Assembly: GCA_947628905.1 (NCBI GenBank) | Contig: CANRBQ010000002.1 | Coordinates: 625 to 64,624 of the forward strand | Origin: an uncultured Bacilli bacterium | GTDB lineage: Bacteria; Bacillota_I; Bacilli_A; RF39; UBA660 | Length of the DNA: 64,000 bases | Direction: 5' to 3' | Shown: one piece after another, positions 37,088-45,697 of the stretch | Position numbering within the stretch: the stretch's first letter is position 1 | How the letters are laid out: each line of letters begins with the position of its first letter | Notes under the pieces: model-generated | Told to the model about the DNA's origin: nothing | Databases searched by the model: none | Seen by the model: only the letters and a program-made list of their open reading frames with translations | Translations under genes and position numbers: made by a program

Positions 37088-38560
37088 ATGGAATTTAAAT
37101 TTAAAAAGCCTTTGGTAGTGTTAAGTCTATCTATTTTAATAATACCTATAAGTATTGTTTCTATTTATAGTAAAGAAAAAGACTATAAAATAAAAGAAGA
37201 TAATATAGCTCAAAAAGAATATAATAGTTTATCTATGTTTATAGTTGATGGAGAAGACAAAACTTCAATAGATACTGTGCCTAGTGCAAATGAATATGAT
37301 CTAGACTCTCAAAGCTATTGCCTAAGAGGAAAAGACAAAATAACAGATGTTCTAACAAAGATAGATAATAACTTTGTATTTAAAGAATTACATACTGATG
37401 ATAAGTGTTATTTGTATTTTAGTAAAATAAAAACTCCATCAGAGGTAATACTTGCAAATAGTCCAACTCAAGGAGATGCTGGAGCAATAACAGGCCCAAG
37501 TTGTAATGGAAATAAAAATGAATCATGTCGGAGTAGTGGATCACCGGATAATAAGAAAAATAATATGGCGCAAAATGGAGTATTTTCTGCCGAAGATGAC
37601 TTTGGAACAAGTTATTACTTCAGAGGATATGTTCAGAATAACTGGGTAAAATTTGGTCAAGAAGGTAATGATGACTTATGGTGGAGAATCATCAGAGTCA
37701 ATGGAAATGGCACAATAAGATTAATATATGCTGGAAAGGGAAGTTCACCATCAACAACAGGCCCAAGTACTCAAATAGCTACAACTTATAGTGACAAAAT
37801 AAATCAAAAATATAATGCAGATTATGGTGATAATACATATGTAGGATTTATGTATGGACCAACAGGTCAAAGTAGCTATGGTGTCACACATGTAAATACT
37901 AATAAAAGTAAAATAATGACAGAATTAGAAACATGGTATGCAAAAACTACTTTAGGTAACTTAAGTTCTAAAATAGATGTAGATACAGGATTCTGTAATG
38001 ATAGAGGGTTAGCAGAAGCAGATCATGGAAATTATCTAGGACCTAATGGAGGATATAATAAAGTGCGAACAGCCTATGCCCCAGTAGATAGGGTATGGCA
38101 AAAAGAAAGTACAAGTGCTGATACAACACAAAGACCAACATTAAAGTGTGGTAAAGATGCCACGGCTCAAAAGAGAGATTTATTCACAGGACCAAGTGCT
38201 ACACCAGGAGGAACAGATGGCATTGACGGAAAAGTAGAAGGAAATAATGCACTTAGTATGCCAGTAGGTTTAATAACAAGTGATGAAGTAATATATGCAG
38301 GAGGATTTTTTGGACAGAACAATGATGGATATTGGTTATATACTAAGCAAGCTTATTGGACCATGTCTCCGTATCACTTTGGCGGCAGCTATGCTAACGT
38401 GTTCTCTGTGGGTTCGGGTGGCAACCTCCCCTACACAGGCGTGAACAGCACGTGGGGTGTGCGCCCAGTAATAAATCTGAAAGCTGATACAAATATCGAA
38501 TTTCAAGATCCAAGTGGTGCAGATAAAGGAACAACATCTAATCCATACATAGTCAAATGA
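37088..38560 (+). CDS. secreted/surface protein, paralog 2 (carries the GC-rich, A-poor patch)
   Basis: Start moved to ATG 37088 (MEFKFKK), after AAGAGGAG. Signal-anchor LVVLSLSILIIPISIV. Shares SYCLRG, KCYLYF, WWRIIRVNGNGTIRLIY, YVGFMY, GFCNDR, PTLKC, GNNALSMPVGLITSDEVIYAGGF, YWTMSP and GVRPVINLK with paralog 1. Confidence 0.85.
   Translation: MEFKFKKPLVVLSLSILIIPISIVSIYSKEKDYKIKEDNIAQKEYNSLSMFIVDGEDKTSIDTVPSANEYDLDSQSYCLRGKDKITDVLTKIDNNFVFKELHTDDKCYLYFSKIKTPSEVILANSPTQGDAGAITGPSCNGNKNESCRSSGSPDNKKNNMAQNGVFSAEDDFGTSYYFRGYVQNNWVKFGQEGNDDLWWRIIRVNGNGTIRLIYAGKGSSPSTTGPSTQIATTYSDKINQKYNADYGDNTYVGFMYGPTGQSSYGVTHVNTNKSKIMTELETWYAKTTLGNLSSKIDVDTGFCNDRGLAEADHGNYLGPNGGYNKVRTAYAPVDRVWQKESTSADTTQRPTLKCGKDATAQKRDLFTGPSATPGGTDGIDGKVEGNNALSMPVGLITSDEVIYAGGFFGQNNDGYWLYTKQAYWTMSPYHFGGSYANVFSVGSGGNLPYTGVNSTWGVRPVINLKADTNIEFQDPSGADKGTTSNPYIVK
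38360..38470 (+). other. compositionally aberrant segment (DGR variable-region-like)
   Basis: Hand count over 38375-38464: 55/90 G+C, 14/90 A, and 15 of 30 codons are NNC. Confidence 0.6.
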
Positions 38561-38684
38561 CGAAGTATGGATTAGAAAACACTTTTTGGGGGAGTGTAGG
38601 TTGGTGGTTCAAAATGACTCTTCATTTTGCTTACAAAACTTATAAAAATTTACTAATAGTAAACATAAACAATTGCCCTATATG

Positions 38685-38707
38685 CTCTCTATTTATTAGA
38701 GAGTTTT
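38685..38707 (+). terminator. terminator downstream of paralog 2
   Basis: CTCTCT / AGAGAG stem followed by TTTT. Confidence 0.6.
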
Positions 38708-38739
38708 AATATTACCATAAATTGTTAAATAAAAAGATA

Positions 38740-38778
38740 CGAATATTTGTTTACAAAGCATACATTTGTTGGTATAAT
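38740..38778 (+). promoter_or_regulatory. promoter with weak SOS-box-like element
   Basis: TTTACA(38750-55), 17 nt, TATAAT(38773-78) with TGG. CGAATATTTGTT (38740-51) overlaps the -35 and resembles GAAC-N4-GTT(C/T) with mismatches. Confidence 0.45.
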
Positions 38779-38795
38779 AATTCTAGGTGATATAA

Positions 38796-40010
38796 ATGAA
38801 ATTAAAAGAAAAATTAACTATTCTAGCCGATGCTGCCAAATATGATGCTTCTTGTTCCTCCAGTGGTAGTACCCGTAAAAATGAAAATGGTATAGGTAAT
38901 GCATCTTATTCAGGAATCTGTCACTCTTTTGCTAGTGATGGTAGATGTATTTCTTTATTAAAAATATTATTAACTAATTGTTGTATTTTTGATTGTAAAT
39001 ATTGTTTAAATAGAAAAAGTAATAATATTAAAAGAGCTATATTTACTCCTGAAGAAATATGTACTATAACTATGAATTTTTATCGTCGTAATTATATTGA
39101 AGGCCTATTTTTAAGTTCTGGTATTATTAAAAGTCCAGATTATACCATGGAATTAATCATAAAAACTATTTCTCTTTTAAGAAATAAATATCATTTTAAT
39201 GGTTATATTCATGCGAAAGCTATTCCTGGTTCTTCTGATTATTTAGTTAAAAAATTAGGTAAACTAGTTGATAGAATGAGTGCTAATATTGAATTACCAA
39301 CGGAAAGTAGTTTAAAATTATTAGCTCCTGATAAAAAAGAAACAAATGTTACCACGATTATGAAAACTATCAAAGAAAATCGTAACACCAAGTTTACTCC
39401 CGCGGGAAGTAGTACTCAAATGATAATCGGGGCTACTAACGAATCTGATTTAGATATTATGTCTAAAAGTAGTTATATGTATTCCAATTATAATTTAAAA
39501 AGAGTCTTTTATTCAGCCTATATTCCTCTTAATAATGATAAATTATTACCAACCTTAAAAACACCACCCCTAACAAGAGAACATCGCTTATATGAGGCTG
39601 ATTGGCTTCTTCGTTATTATAATTTTAAAGTTGAAGATATTTTATCAATAGATAATCCTAATTTTAATTTACTTATTGATCCTAAATCCGACTATGCCCT
39701 TAGACATTTAAATGAATTTCCCAAAGAAATTAATACTGCCTCTTATTATGATTTATTAAAAGTTCCTGGGATTGGTATAACATCCGCGAAAAGAATAATT
39801 AAATCTCGAAAATATTTTAAAATAACTTTTAAAGATTTAAAAAATATGGGAATAGTTTTAAAAAGAGCCAGTTATTTTATTACTTGCAATGGAAAGTATT
39901 TTATTAATAAATCTTTATTTAATAAAGAATTTATTGAAAATAACTTAGTTTTAGAAACCCATCAAATAAATAAACCATCTATAACCCAATTAAGTTTATT
40001 TAATGAATAA
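38796..40010 (+). CDS. putative DNA modification/repair radical SAM protein
   Basis: CIFDCKYC (CX3CX2C) cluster motif and a C-terminal helix-hairpin-helix LLKVPGIGITSAKRII. Confidence 0.8.
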   Translation: MKLKEKLTILADAAKYDASCSSSGSTRKNENGIGNASYSGICHSFASDGRCISLLKILLTNCCIFDCKYCLNRKSNNIKRAIFTPEEICTITMNFYRRNYIEGLFLSSGIIKSPDYTMELIIKTISLLRNKYHFNGYIHAKAIPGSSDYLVKKLGKLVDRMSANIELPTESSLKLLAPDKKETNVTTIMKTIKENRNTKFTPAGSSTQMIIGATNESDLDIMSKSSYMYSNYNLKRVFYSAYIPLNNDKLLPTLKTPPLTREHRLYEADWLLRYYNFKVEDILSIDNPNFNLLIDPKSDYALRHLNEFPKEINTASYYDLLKVPGIGITSAKRIIKSRKYFKITFKDLKNMGIVLKRASYFITCNGKYFINKSLFNKEFIENNLVLETHQINKPSITQLSLFNE

Positions 40011-40761
40011 AATGTATATATATGATGGTACATTTCTAAATCTTTTAAGTTTAATTACTTTCCTAATTAAAAATAATATTAAACCCACTAATATAGTTAA
40101 TTCTAATTATGAACCTACTCTTTTAGATGAAATAATTAATATAAATATTGTTAATAACCCTAAAATTATTAACAATATTAAAAATATTTGGGGTTTAGAA
40201 ATATATAAAATTATGTTATATGTTTATTTTTCTGAAGATTCATATAAAGAATTAATAATTTATTATTTATATTTAAATTGTTTAAAATATAAAAGAAATA
40301 CACTAAATATGAGAAATTTAAAATGTGTATCTAAATCTTTAAAAATAGCTAAATATGTTAGTAATGAAGCTCATAAATTAAAAGGATTTGTTCGTTTTAA
40401 AGAATTAGAAAGCAAAGTCTTATATGCTGAGATATCTCCCACTAATAATTGCTTGTTAATATTAAGTGAACATTTTAAAAAAAGACTATCCCATGAATAT
40501 TGGTTAATAAAAGATGTTAAAAGAAACATGATAAGTATATATGATAAAAAGAATTATTATATTATTCCCGCATCTAATTTAAAATTAAATATAGAATTAA
40601 ATAAAAATGAACTAGAATTTGCCGATTTATGGTGCACATTCTATAATACAATTGGTATTAAAGAAAGATATAATGCCAAATTAAGATTAAATTTTATGCC
40701 TAAAAAATATTGGCGATATATTTTAGAAATGAGTGATGAAAATGAAAAAAGTAATAAGTAA
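40003..40761 (+). CDS. probable DNA metabolism protein (DUF4130 / UDG-related partner of the radical SAM protein)
   Basis: Overlaps the radical SAM gene stop. Size and the conserved HKLKGFVRF / FYNTIGIKERYN-type motifs fit the family as I recall it. Confidence 0.6.
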   Translation: MNKMYIYDGTFLNLLSLITFLIKNNIKPTNIVNSNYEPTLLDEIININIVNNPKIINNIKNIWGLEIYKIMLYVYFSEDSYKELIIYYLYLNCLKYKRNTLNMRNLKCVSKSLKIAKYVSNEAHKLKGFVRFKELESKVLYAEISPTNNCLLILSEHFKKRLSHEYWLIKDVKRNMISIYDKKNYYIIPASNLKLNIELNKNELEFADLWCTFYNTIGIKERYNAKLRLNFMPKKYWRYILEMSDENEKSNK

Positions 40762-42268
40762 TGATAAATTAAGTGAAAAAATGAAAGAAGCTATAAAACT
40801 ACTATGTGAACCTGTCAAAATGACTTTAGGCCCTAAAGGGAGAAATGCGATAATTGATCATTCAGCTTTCTCCCCTTTTATAACCAATGATGGCGTAACT
40901 CTCGCTGAAAATATCACTAGTGAAGATCCTATCATTAATACTATTTTAGAGCTAGCTAAAGAGTCATCAATTAAAACTAATGAACTCATCGGGGATGGCA
41001 CTACTACTACTTTAGTATTATTAGAAAATCTTTATTTACAAGGATTTGAACAAATAAAAAATGGGGAAAATCCTCTTATATTTAAAGAAGAATTAGATAA
41101 CGCTATAAATGAAGTTATTAATTATATTAAAGAAGAAAGTCATACTCCTAATAAAGAAGAATTAAACCATATCGCATCTATCTCATCTAGTTCTAAAGAA
41201 ATAGGTAAAATTCTTGTTAATGCTTATAACAAAGTAGGTAAAGATAATATTTTTATTACTGAAGGAGAAGAAAAAACAACTATTAACTATCTAAATGGTT
41301 ATCAAATAGAAACTAATTTAGCCTCTCCCTATTTTTTAAAAAATAATCTAACTATAAAATATAGTAATCCTAAAATATTAATTTATGATAATGATATTAA
41401 TTATTTAGAAGAAATAAGTTTTCTAATAAACTATATTAAAGAAAAAGAAATACCATTAATAATAATTGCTAAAGATTATAATCCCCTTCTAATTAATAAA
41501 ATAATAGATTTATATTTAAATGATAATATTCCTCTTATATTATTAAAAACCCCTTATTATGGTATAGAAGAACAAATAACTCTAAATGATATAGCTAAAA
41601 TATCTAATACTATTATTTATAAAGATTTAAATAATTTTAATTATAATAATTTAGGAACTTTAGAAAGTATTAGTATTAATAAAGAATTTACTAATTTAAA
41701 ATTTATTAAAAATAAAGAATTAAATATATATTTAAAACAAATTAAAAAAAATATCAATTCTAAATCTGATTTTGATATTAAAAGAATCGCTATGTTAAAT
41801 AAAGGTATTATAGAAATTAAAGTGGGAGCTCCTACTACTACCGAACGAAGAGAAAAAAAGATGCGTTATGATGATGCTTTATGTTCTTTAAAAATAGCTA
41901 AAGAAGGAGTTACAACTGGAGGTGGTTTAACTTATTTAAAGTGCAGTGCTAAATTATCCAATAAAAATCCTGCTTATCTTGTCTTAAAAGAAACATTAAA
42001 AAAGCCATTTGCTCAAATATTAACAAACGCAGCTTTAAACCCCCAAGATATATTTAATAAAATTCTTTCTTCTAATTATAGCTTAATATACAATGTTAAA
42101 AAAAATAATTATGAAGAAGTGAATAACACTGAAGTTATCGACAGTTCTAAAGTATTAATCATGGCTTTAAAAAATGCCTCATCTATTGCAAGTATGCTTT
42201 TAACAACTAATACTTTAATCATAAATGAATTTATAGAACCTAAAGAATCAATTATAAATGAAATATAA
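40733..42268 (+). CDS. divergent Cpn60/GroEL-family chaperonin homologue (no GroES, no GGM tail)
   Basis: VKMTLGPKGRNAII, ITNDGVTLA, GDGTTTT, SPYF, VGAPTTTERREKKMRYDDAL and TTGGG align colinearly with GroEL equatorial and intermediate motifs. Start is 40733 or 40742; both overlap the upstream gene. Confidence 0.8.
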   Translation: MMKMKKVISNDKLSEKMKEAIKLLCEPVKMTLGPKGRNAIIDHSAFSPFITNDGVTLAENITSEDPIINTILELAKESSIKTNELIGDGTTTTLVLLENLYLQGFEQIKNGENPLIFKEELDNAINEVINYIKEESHTPNKEELNHIASISSSSKEIGKILVNAYNKVGKDNIFITEGEEKTTINYLNGYQIETNLASPYFLKNNLTIKYSNPKILIYDNDINYLEEISFLINYIKEKEIPLIIIAKDYNPLLINKIIDLYLNDNIPLILLKTPYYGIEEQITLNDIAKISNTIIYKDLNNFNYNNLGTLESISINKEFTNLKFIKNKELNIYLKQIKKNINSKSDFDIKRIAMLNKGIIEIKVGAPTTTERREKKMRYDDALCSLKIAKEGVTTGGGLTYLKCSAKLSNKNPAYLVLKETLKKPFAQILTNAALNPQDIFNKILSSNYSLIYNVKKNNYEEVNNTEVIDSSKVLIMALKNASSIASMLLTTNTLIINEFIEPKESIINEI

Positions 42269-42272
42269 ACTC

Positions 42273-43115
42273 TTATTTTGCTTCAATATCAAAATCAATA
42301 AATCTAATACCTAATTTTCTTTTTCTAATATCTCTTTTAATATTTAATTCAGCATTAATTAAAGTTTTAATATCATATTTTTTACTAACTACTATCCCTA
42401 AAATTAAATGATAATAAGAACCTTGTTTAATTAAAGTTATTTTATTAACTTTAATATTTTTATATCTATTAAATATATTAATAATTTCATTTTCAATTTT
42501 TTCATTTTTAGTATTAACTCCTATTAATAACATTGCATTTTGAAATATTATCTTAATAGCTTGATAAATAATTAATAAACCAATTGCTAAACTCCCAATC
42601 ATATCAGCTTCTCTAAATATTTGACTAACTAAAATAACTAATATAAGAACACTTGAAGATATAACATCTAAATATGATTCTTTACTAGAAGTAATAAGAA
42701 TACTACTATTAATCTTTTTACCTACTCTAGCTAACATATTTGAGCTATAAAGCTTTAATCCTATTGCAATTAATATAACAATAATAACTAATAAATTTGG
42801 TTTATTATAATACATATTAAAACTTAAAAAAATAATTACTAAACCAACTAACATAATAAGAAATCCCATGATCATTTGCATTATATATTCAAAATTACCA
42901 TAACCAAAAGGATATCTCTTATTAGGCCTTTTCTTTCCAATTCTAGCCCCAATTAAAGCCAAAATATCAGTTATAAAATCACTAACAGTATAAAAACCAT
43001 CCGCGATTAATGACATAAATCCAAATATATTTCCTCCAATAATTTTAAGTAATGCTACCATAAAATTAATAACAGCACTAAAAACTATGGCTCTTTCTTC
43101 TGTTTTAACTTTCAT
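42273..43115 (-). CDS. cation diffusion facilitator (CDF) family transporter
   Basis: Six-TM core with ADGFYTVSD and a cytoplasmic C-terminal domain. Confidence 0.85.
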   Translation of the reverse strand: MKVKTEERAIVFSAVINFMVALLKIIGGNIFGFMSLIADGFYTVSDFITDILALIGARIGKKRPNKRYPFGYGNFEYIMQMIMGFLIMLVGLVIIFLSFNMYYNKPNLLVIIVILIAIGLKLYSSNMLARVGKKINSSILITSSKESYLDVISSSVLILVILVSQIFREADMIGSLAIGLLIIYQAIKIIFQNAMLLIGVNTKNEKIENEIINIFNRYKNIKVNKITLIKQGSYYHLILGIVVSKKYDIKTLINAELNIKRDIRKRKLGIRFIDFDIEAK

Positions 43116-43210
43116 ATTATCCTCTACTCTCTTTTAATATTTTAACATACAATTAAATATTAGCATATAGAAATTTAAATATTTTTTAAAGGAATTTATC
43201 ATCTAAAACC

Positions 43211-43241
43211 TAAAAAAAGAAACCCTAATAATAGAGTTTCT
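43211..43241 (-). terminator. orphan rho-independent terminator on the minus strand
   Basis: The minus strand reads AGAAACTCTATTATTAGGGTTTCT followed by TTTTTTT. It sits about 95 nt upstream of the CDF start codon. Confidence 0.5.
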
Positions 43242-43452
43242 AATAACAAATAGATTGATTATCCCCAATCTCTTCCTCAATCAATTAGTTATAACTTATG
43301 ATAATATATTATCACGTTTTTTATAGAAAAACCAAATATTTGATTTTTCTAATATATTATATTCATTTATATAAATTTTATAACTATTAAAAAAATTTTT
43401 CTTTTCATAACTTAATTTTTATAATATAATATAATTAGAAAAAGGTGATGTC

Positions 43453-44838
43453 ATGAAATTATTTAATACTGAAAGTAGAAAAATAGAAGAATTTATTCCT
43501 TGGGAAGAAAACAAAGTTAGAATGTATACCTGTGGTCCTACTGTATATAGCTATGCCCATATAGGTAATCTTCGTACTTATATCATGGAAGATATATTAG
43601 AAAAAACTTTAAGATTTTTAGGTTATGATGTAACTCGTGTTATGAATATTACCGATGTAGGTCATTTAAGTAGTGATGCTGATACTGGTGAAGATAAAAT
43701 GGTTAAAAGTGCTAAAAAAGAAAATAAAACCGTATTAGATATTGCTAAATTTTATACTGATGCTTTCTTTAAAGATACCGAAAAGTTAAATATTAAGCGT
43801 CCAGATATTGTAAGTCCTGCCACTGAAAATATTGCTGAATATATTAAAATAATTACTAAATTATTAGATACAGGTTATGCCTATGCTGCTGGAGGAAATA
43901 TTTATTTTGATACTTCTAAATTAAAAAATTACTATCGTTTATCTAATCATGTAAAAGAAGATTTACTAAATGGTGTTAGAGAAACTGTAGAAGAAGATTT
44001 AAATAAAAAGAACAAAACTGATTTTGTTTTATGGTTTACTAAATCTAAATTTGATTCTCAAGATTTAAAATGGGATAGTCCTTTTGGTGTTGGTTATCCT
44101 GGCTGGCATATTGAATGTTCTGGAATATCCTTAAAATATTTAGGACCTCATTTAGATATTCACTGTGGAGGAGTAGATAACATCTTCCCTCATCATACTA
44201 ACGAAATAGCTCAATCCGAGTCTTATACTGGTGAAGCTTGGTGTAAATATTGGGTTCATGGTGAACATCTAAATGATGCCTCTGGTAAAATGAGTAAATC
44301 TAAAGGAAAAACTCTTACAGTATCATATTTAGAAGAAGAAGGCTACGATCCTTTAAGTTATCGTTTTATGGTCTTAGGAAGTCATTACCGAAAACAACTA
44401 ACATTTAGTTTTGAATCTTTAAAAGGTGCTGAAATAGCTTATAAGAAATTAAAAAATAAAGTCTTAAATTTAAAAGATAATGAACCTATAGAAGAAAATA
44501 TAAAAGAAGAATATATTACTAAATTTAAAGATTGTTTAAGTGATGATTTAAATACCGCCAATGCTTTAACTTTAATTTATGAAGTCTTAAAGAGTAATAC
44601 GAACGACTCTACTAAAAAAGCTATAATAAAAGAATTTGATCAAGTATTATCTCTAGATTTAACTATTGAAAACAAAAAAGAAATAGATGAAGAATATATT
44701 AAAGAAATGATTGAAAAAAGAAATATTGCTAAGAAAAACAAAGATTTTAAAACAGCCGATGATATTAGAGAAGAATTATTAAAACAAGGTATAATCTTAA
44801 AAGACACTAGAGAAGGAACAACTTATGAGGTTGAATAA
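43453..44838 (+). CDS. cysS: cysteine--tRNA ligase
   Basis: HIGN and KMSKS class I motifs; zinc-site region WHIECS. Confidence 0.97.
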   Translation: MKLFNTESRKIEEFIPWEENKVRMYTCGPTVYSYAHIGNLRTYIMEDILEKTLRFLGYDVTRVMNITDVGHLSSDADTGEDKMVKSAKKENKTVLDIAKFYTDAFFKDTEKLNIKRPDIVSPATENIAEYIKIITKLLDTGYAYAAGGNIYFDTSKLKNYYRLSNHVKEDLLNGVRETVEEDLNKKNKTDFVLWFTKSKFDSQDLKWDSPFGVGYPGWHIECSGISLKYLGPHLDIHCGGVDNIFPHHTNEIAQSESYTGEAWCKYWVHGEHLNDASGKMSKSKGKTLTVSYLEEEGYDPLSYRFMVLGSHYRKQLTFSFESLKGAEIAYKKLKNKVLNLKDNEPIEENIKEEYITKFKDCLSDDLNTANALTLIYEVLKSNTNDSTKKAIIKEFDQVLSLDLTIENKKEIDEEYIKEMIEKRNIAKKNKDFKTADDIREELLKQGIILKDTREGTTYEVE

Positions 44839-44919
44839 TTAAGAATTAAAATTAGCAATAAAACAAGCATTAAAAAGCCAAAGAGATTAAAGTATTTTCC
44901 TAAAGGTGGTGAAAAATAA

Positions 44920-45552
44920 ATGGAATTAATTATTGAAATAGTATTTCTTCTAACGCTTGTTTTTATTGCTATTGCCTATTTAGGCTTAAATTTATTATAC
45001 AAAAATCTAAAAGATGAACCTAACAAAAGTAAATTATCAGGATTTGAAGTCGCCAGAATAACCACTGCTAAATTATGCTCAGATGAACCCCATATTATCA
45101 AGAAAAAAGGTCGCTTCCTAGATCATTACAATTATGAAAGAAACGTTCTTAAATTATCAGAAGAAGTTTTTGATGGCACTAATATATATGCTGAAATAGT
45201 TGCTTACAAAGTTGCTTTAGAGACTCATCCTAAATACAAAAAAGCCCCCATTGGTCATAAAATATCCTCTTTTCTTGTTATTTCATCTTACATAATGATT
45301 ACTATTGGTGCTTTTATTAATAATGGTAATGTTATTCATTTTGGTTTTATTTTATTTATTTTAGCCTTTATATTAGAATTATTAATAATAGGTATGTATG
45401 GTAATACTATACCTGAAATAGCCAAAAATTATGAACTAGCCCAAAAAGAAAAACTCATAATCCCTTTTAATGAAAATAAAAATAATCTTATCTTAATTGC
45501 TATTATTAATATAGCTACTCTTCCTTATAATTTTATAAATTATTTTCGTTAA
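44920..45552 (+). CDS. YugP-like membrane protein lacking the HExxH motif
   Basis: LSGFEVAR...FLDHYNYERNVLKLSEEVF aligns with zinc-peptidase YugP, but the AAHEVGHA position reads VAYKVALE. Confidence 0.6.
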   Translation: MELIIEIVFLLTLVFIAIAYLGLNLLYKNLKDEPNKSKLSGFEVARITTAKLCSDEPHIIKKKGRFLDHYNYERNVLKLSEEVFDGTNIYAEIVAYKVALETHPKYKKAPIGHKISSFLVISSYIMITIGAFINNGNVIHFGFILFILAFILELLIIGMYGNTIPEIAKNYELAQKEKLIIPFNENKNNLILIAIINIATLPYNFINYFR

Positions 45553-45697
45553 TTTATTAAAATGTCAATTATTTTGGCATTTTTAATTATAAAAAAATAA
45601 AAATAATAACTTAAATAGTATATAACAAGAAGATTTTAATAAAAAAGCTTTATCTTTATTGAAACTCTTGTTATAATTACTATACAAGGTGGTTTAA

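Noticed and set aside
38614-38709. 31-codon ORF (MTLHFAYKTYKNLLIVNINNCPICSLFIREF) with a GGTGG 6 nt upstream, between paralog 2 and the radical SAM operon.
   Set aside because: It runs through the terminator hairpin at 38685-38707. There is no promoter, paralog or recognisable motif. Kept only as a note.
38561-38795. Search for a DGR template repeat, Avd or reverse transcriptase next to the VR-like patch.
   Set aside because: Nothing similar to 38360-38470 and no RT-like ORF (YxDD) is present here or anywhere else in the window. The DGR idea therefore stays a hypothesis needing the rest of the genome.
43116-43452. T-box leader upstream of cysS.
   Set aside because: No T-box sequence (AANNNGGGTGGTACCGCG-like), specifier hairpin or plus-strand terminator is visible.
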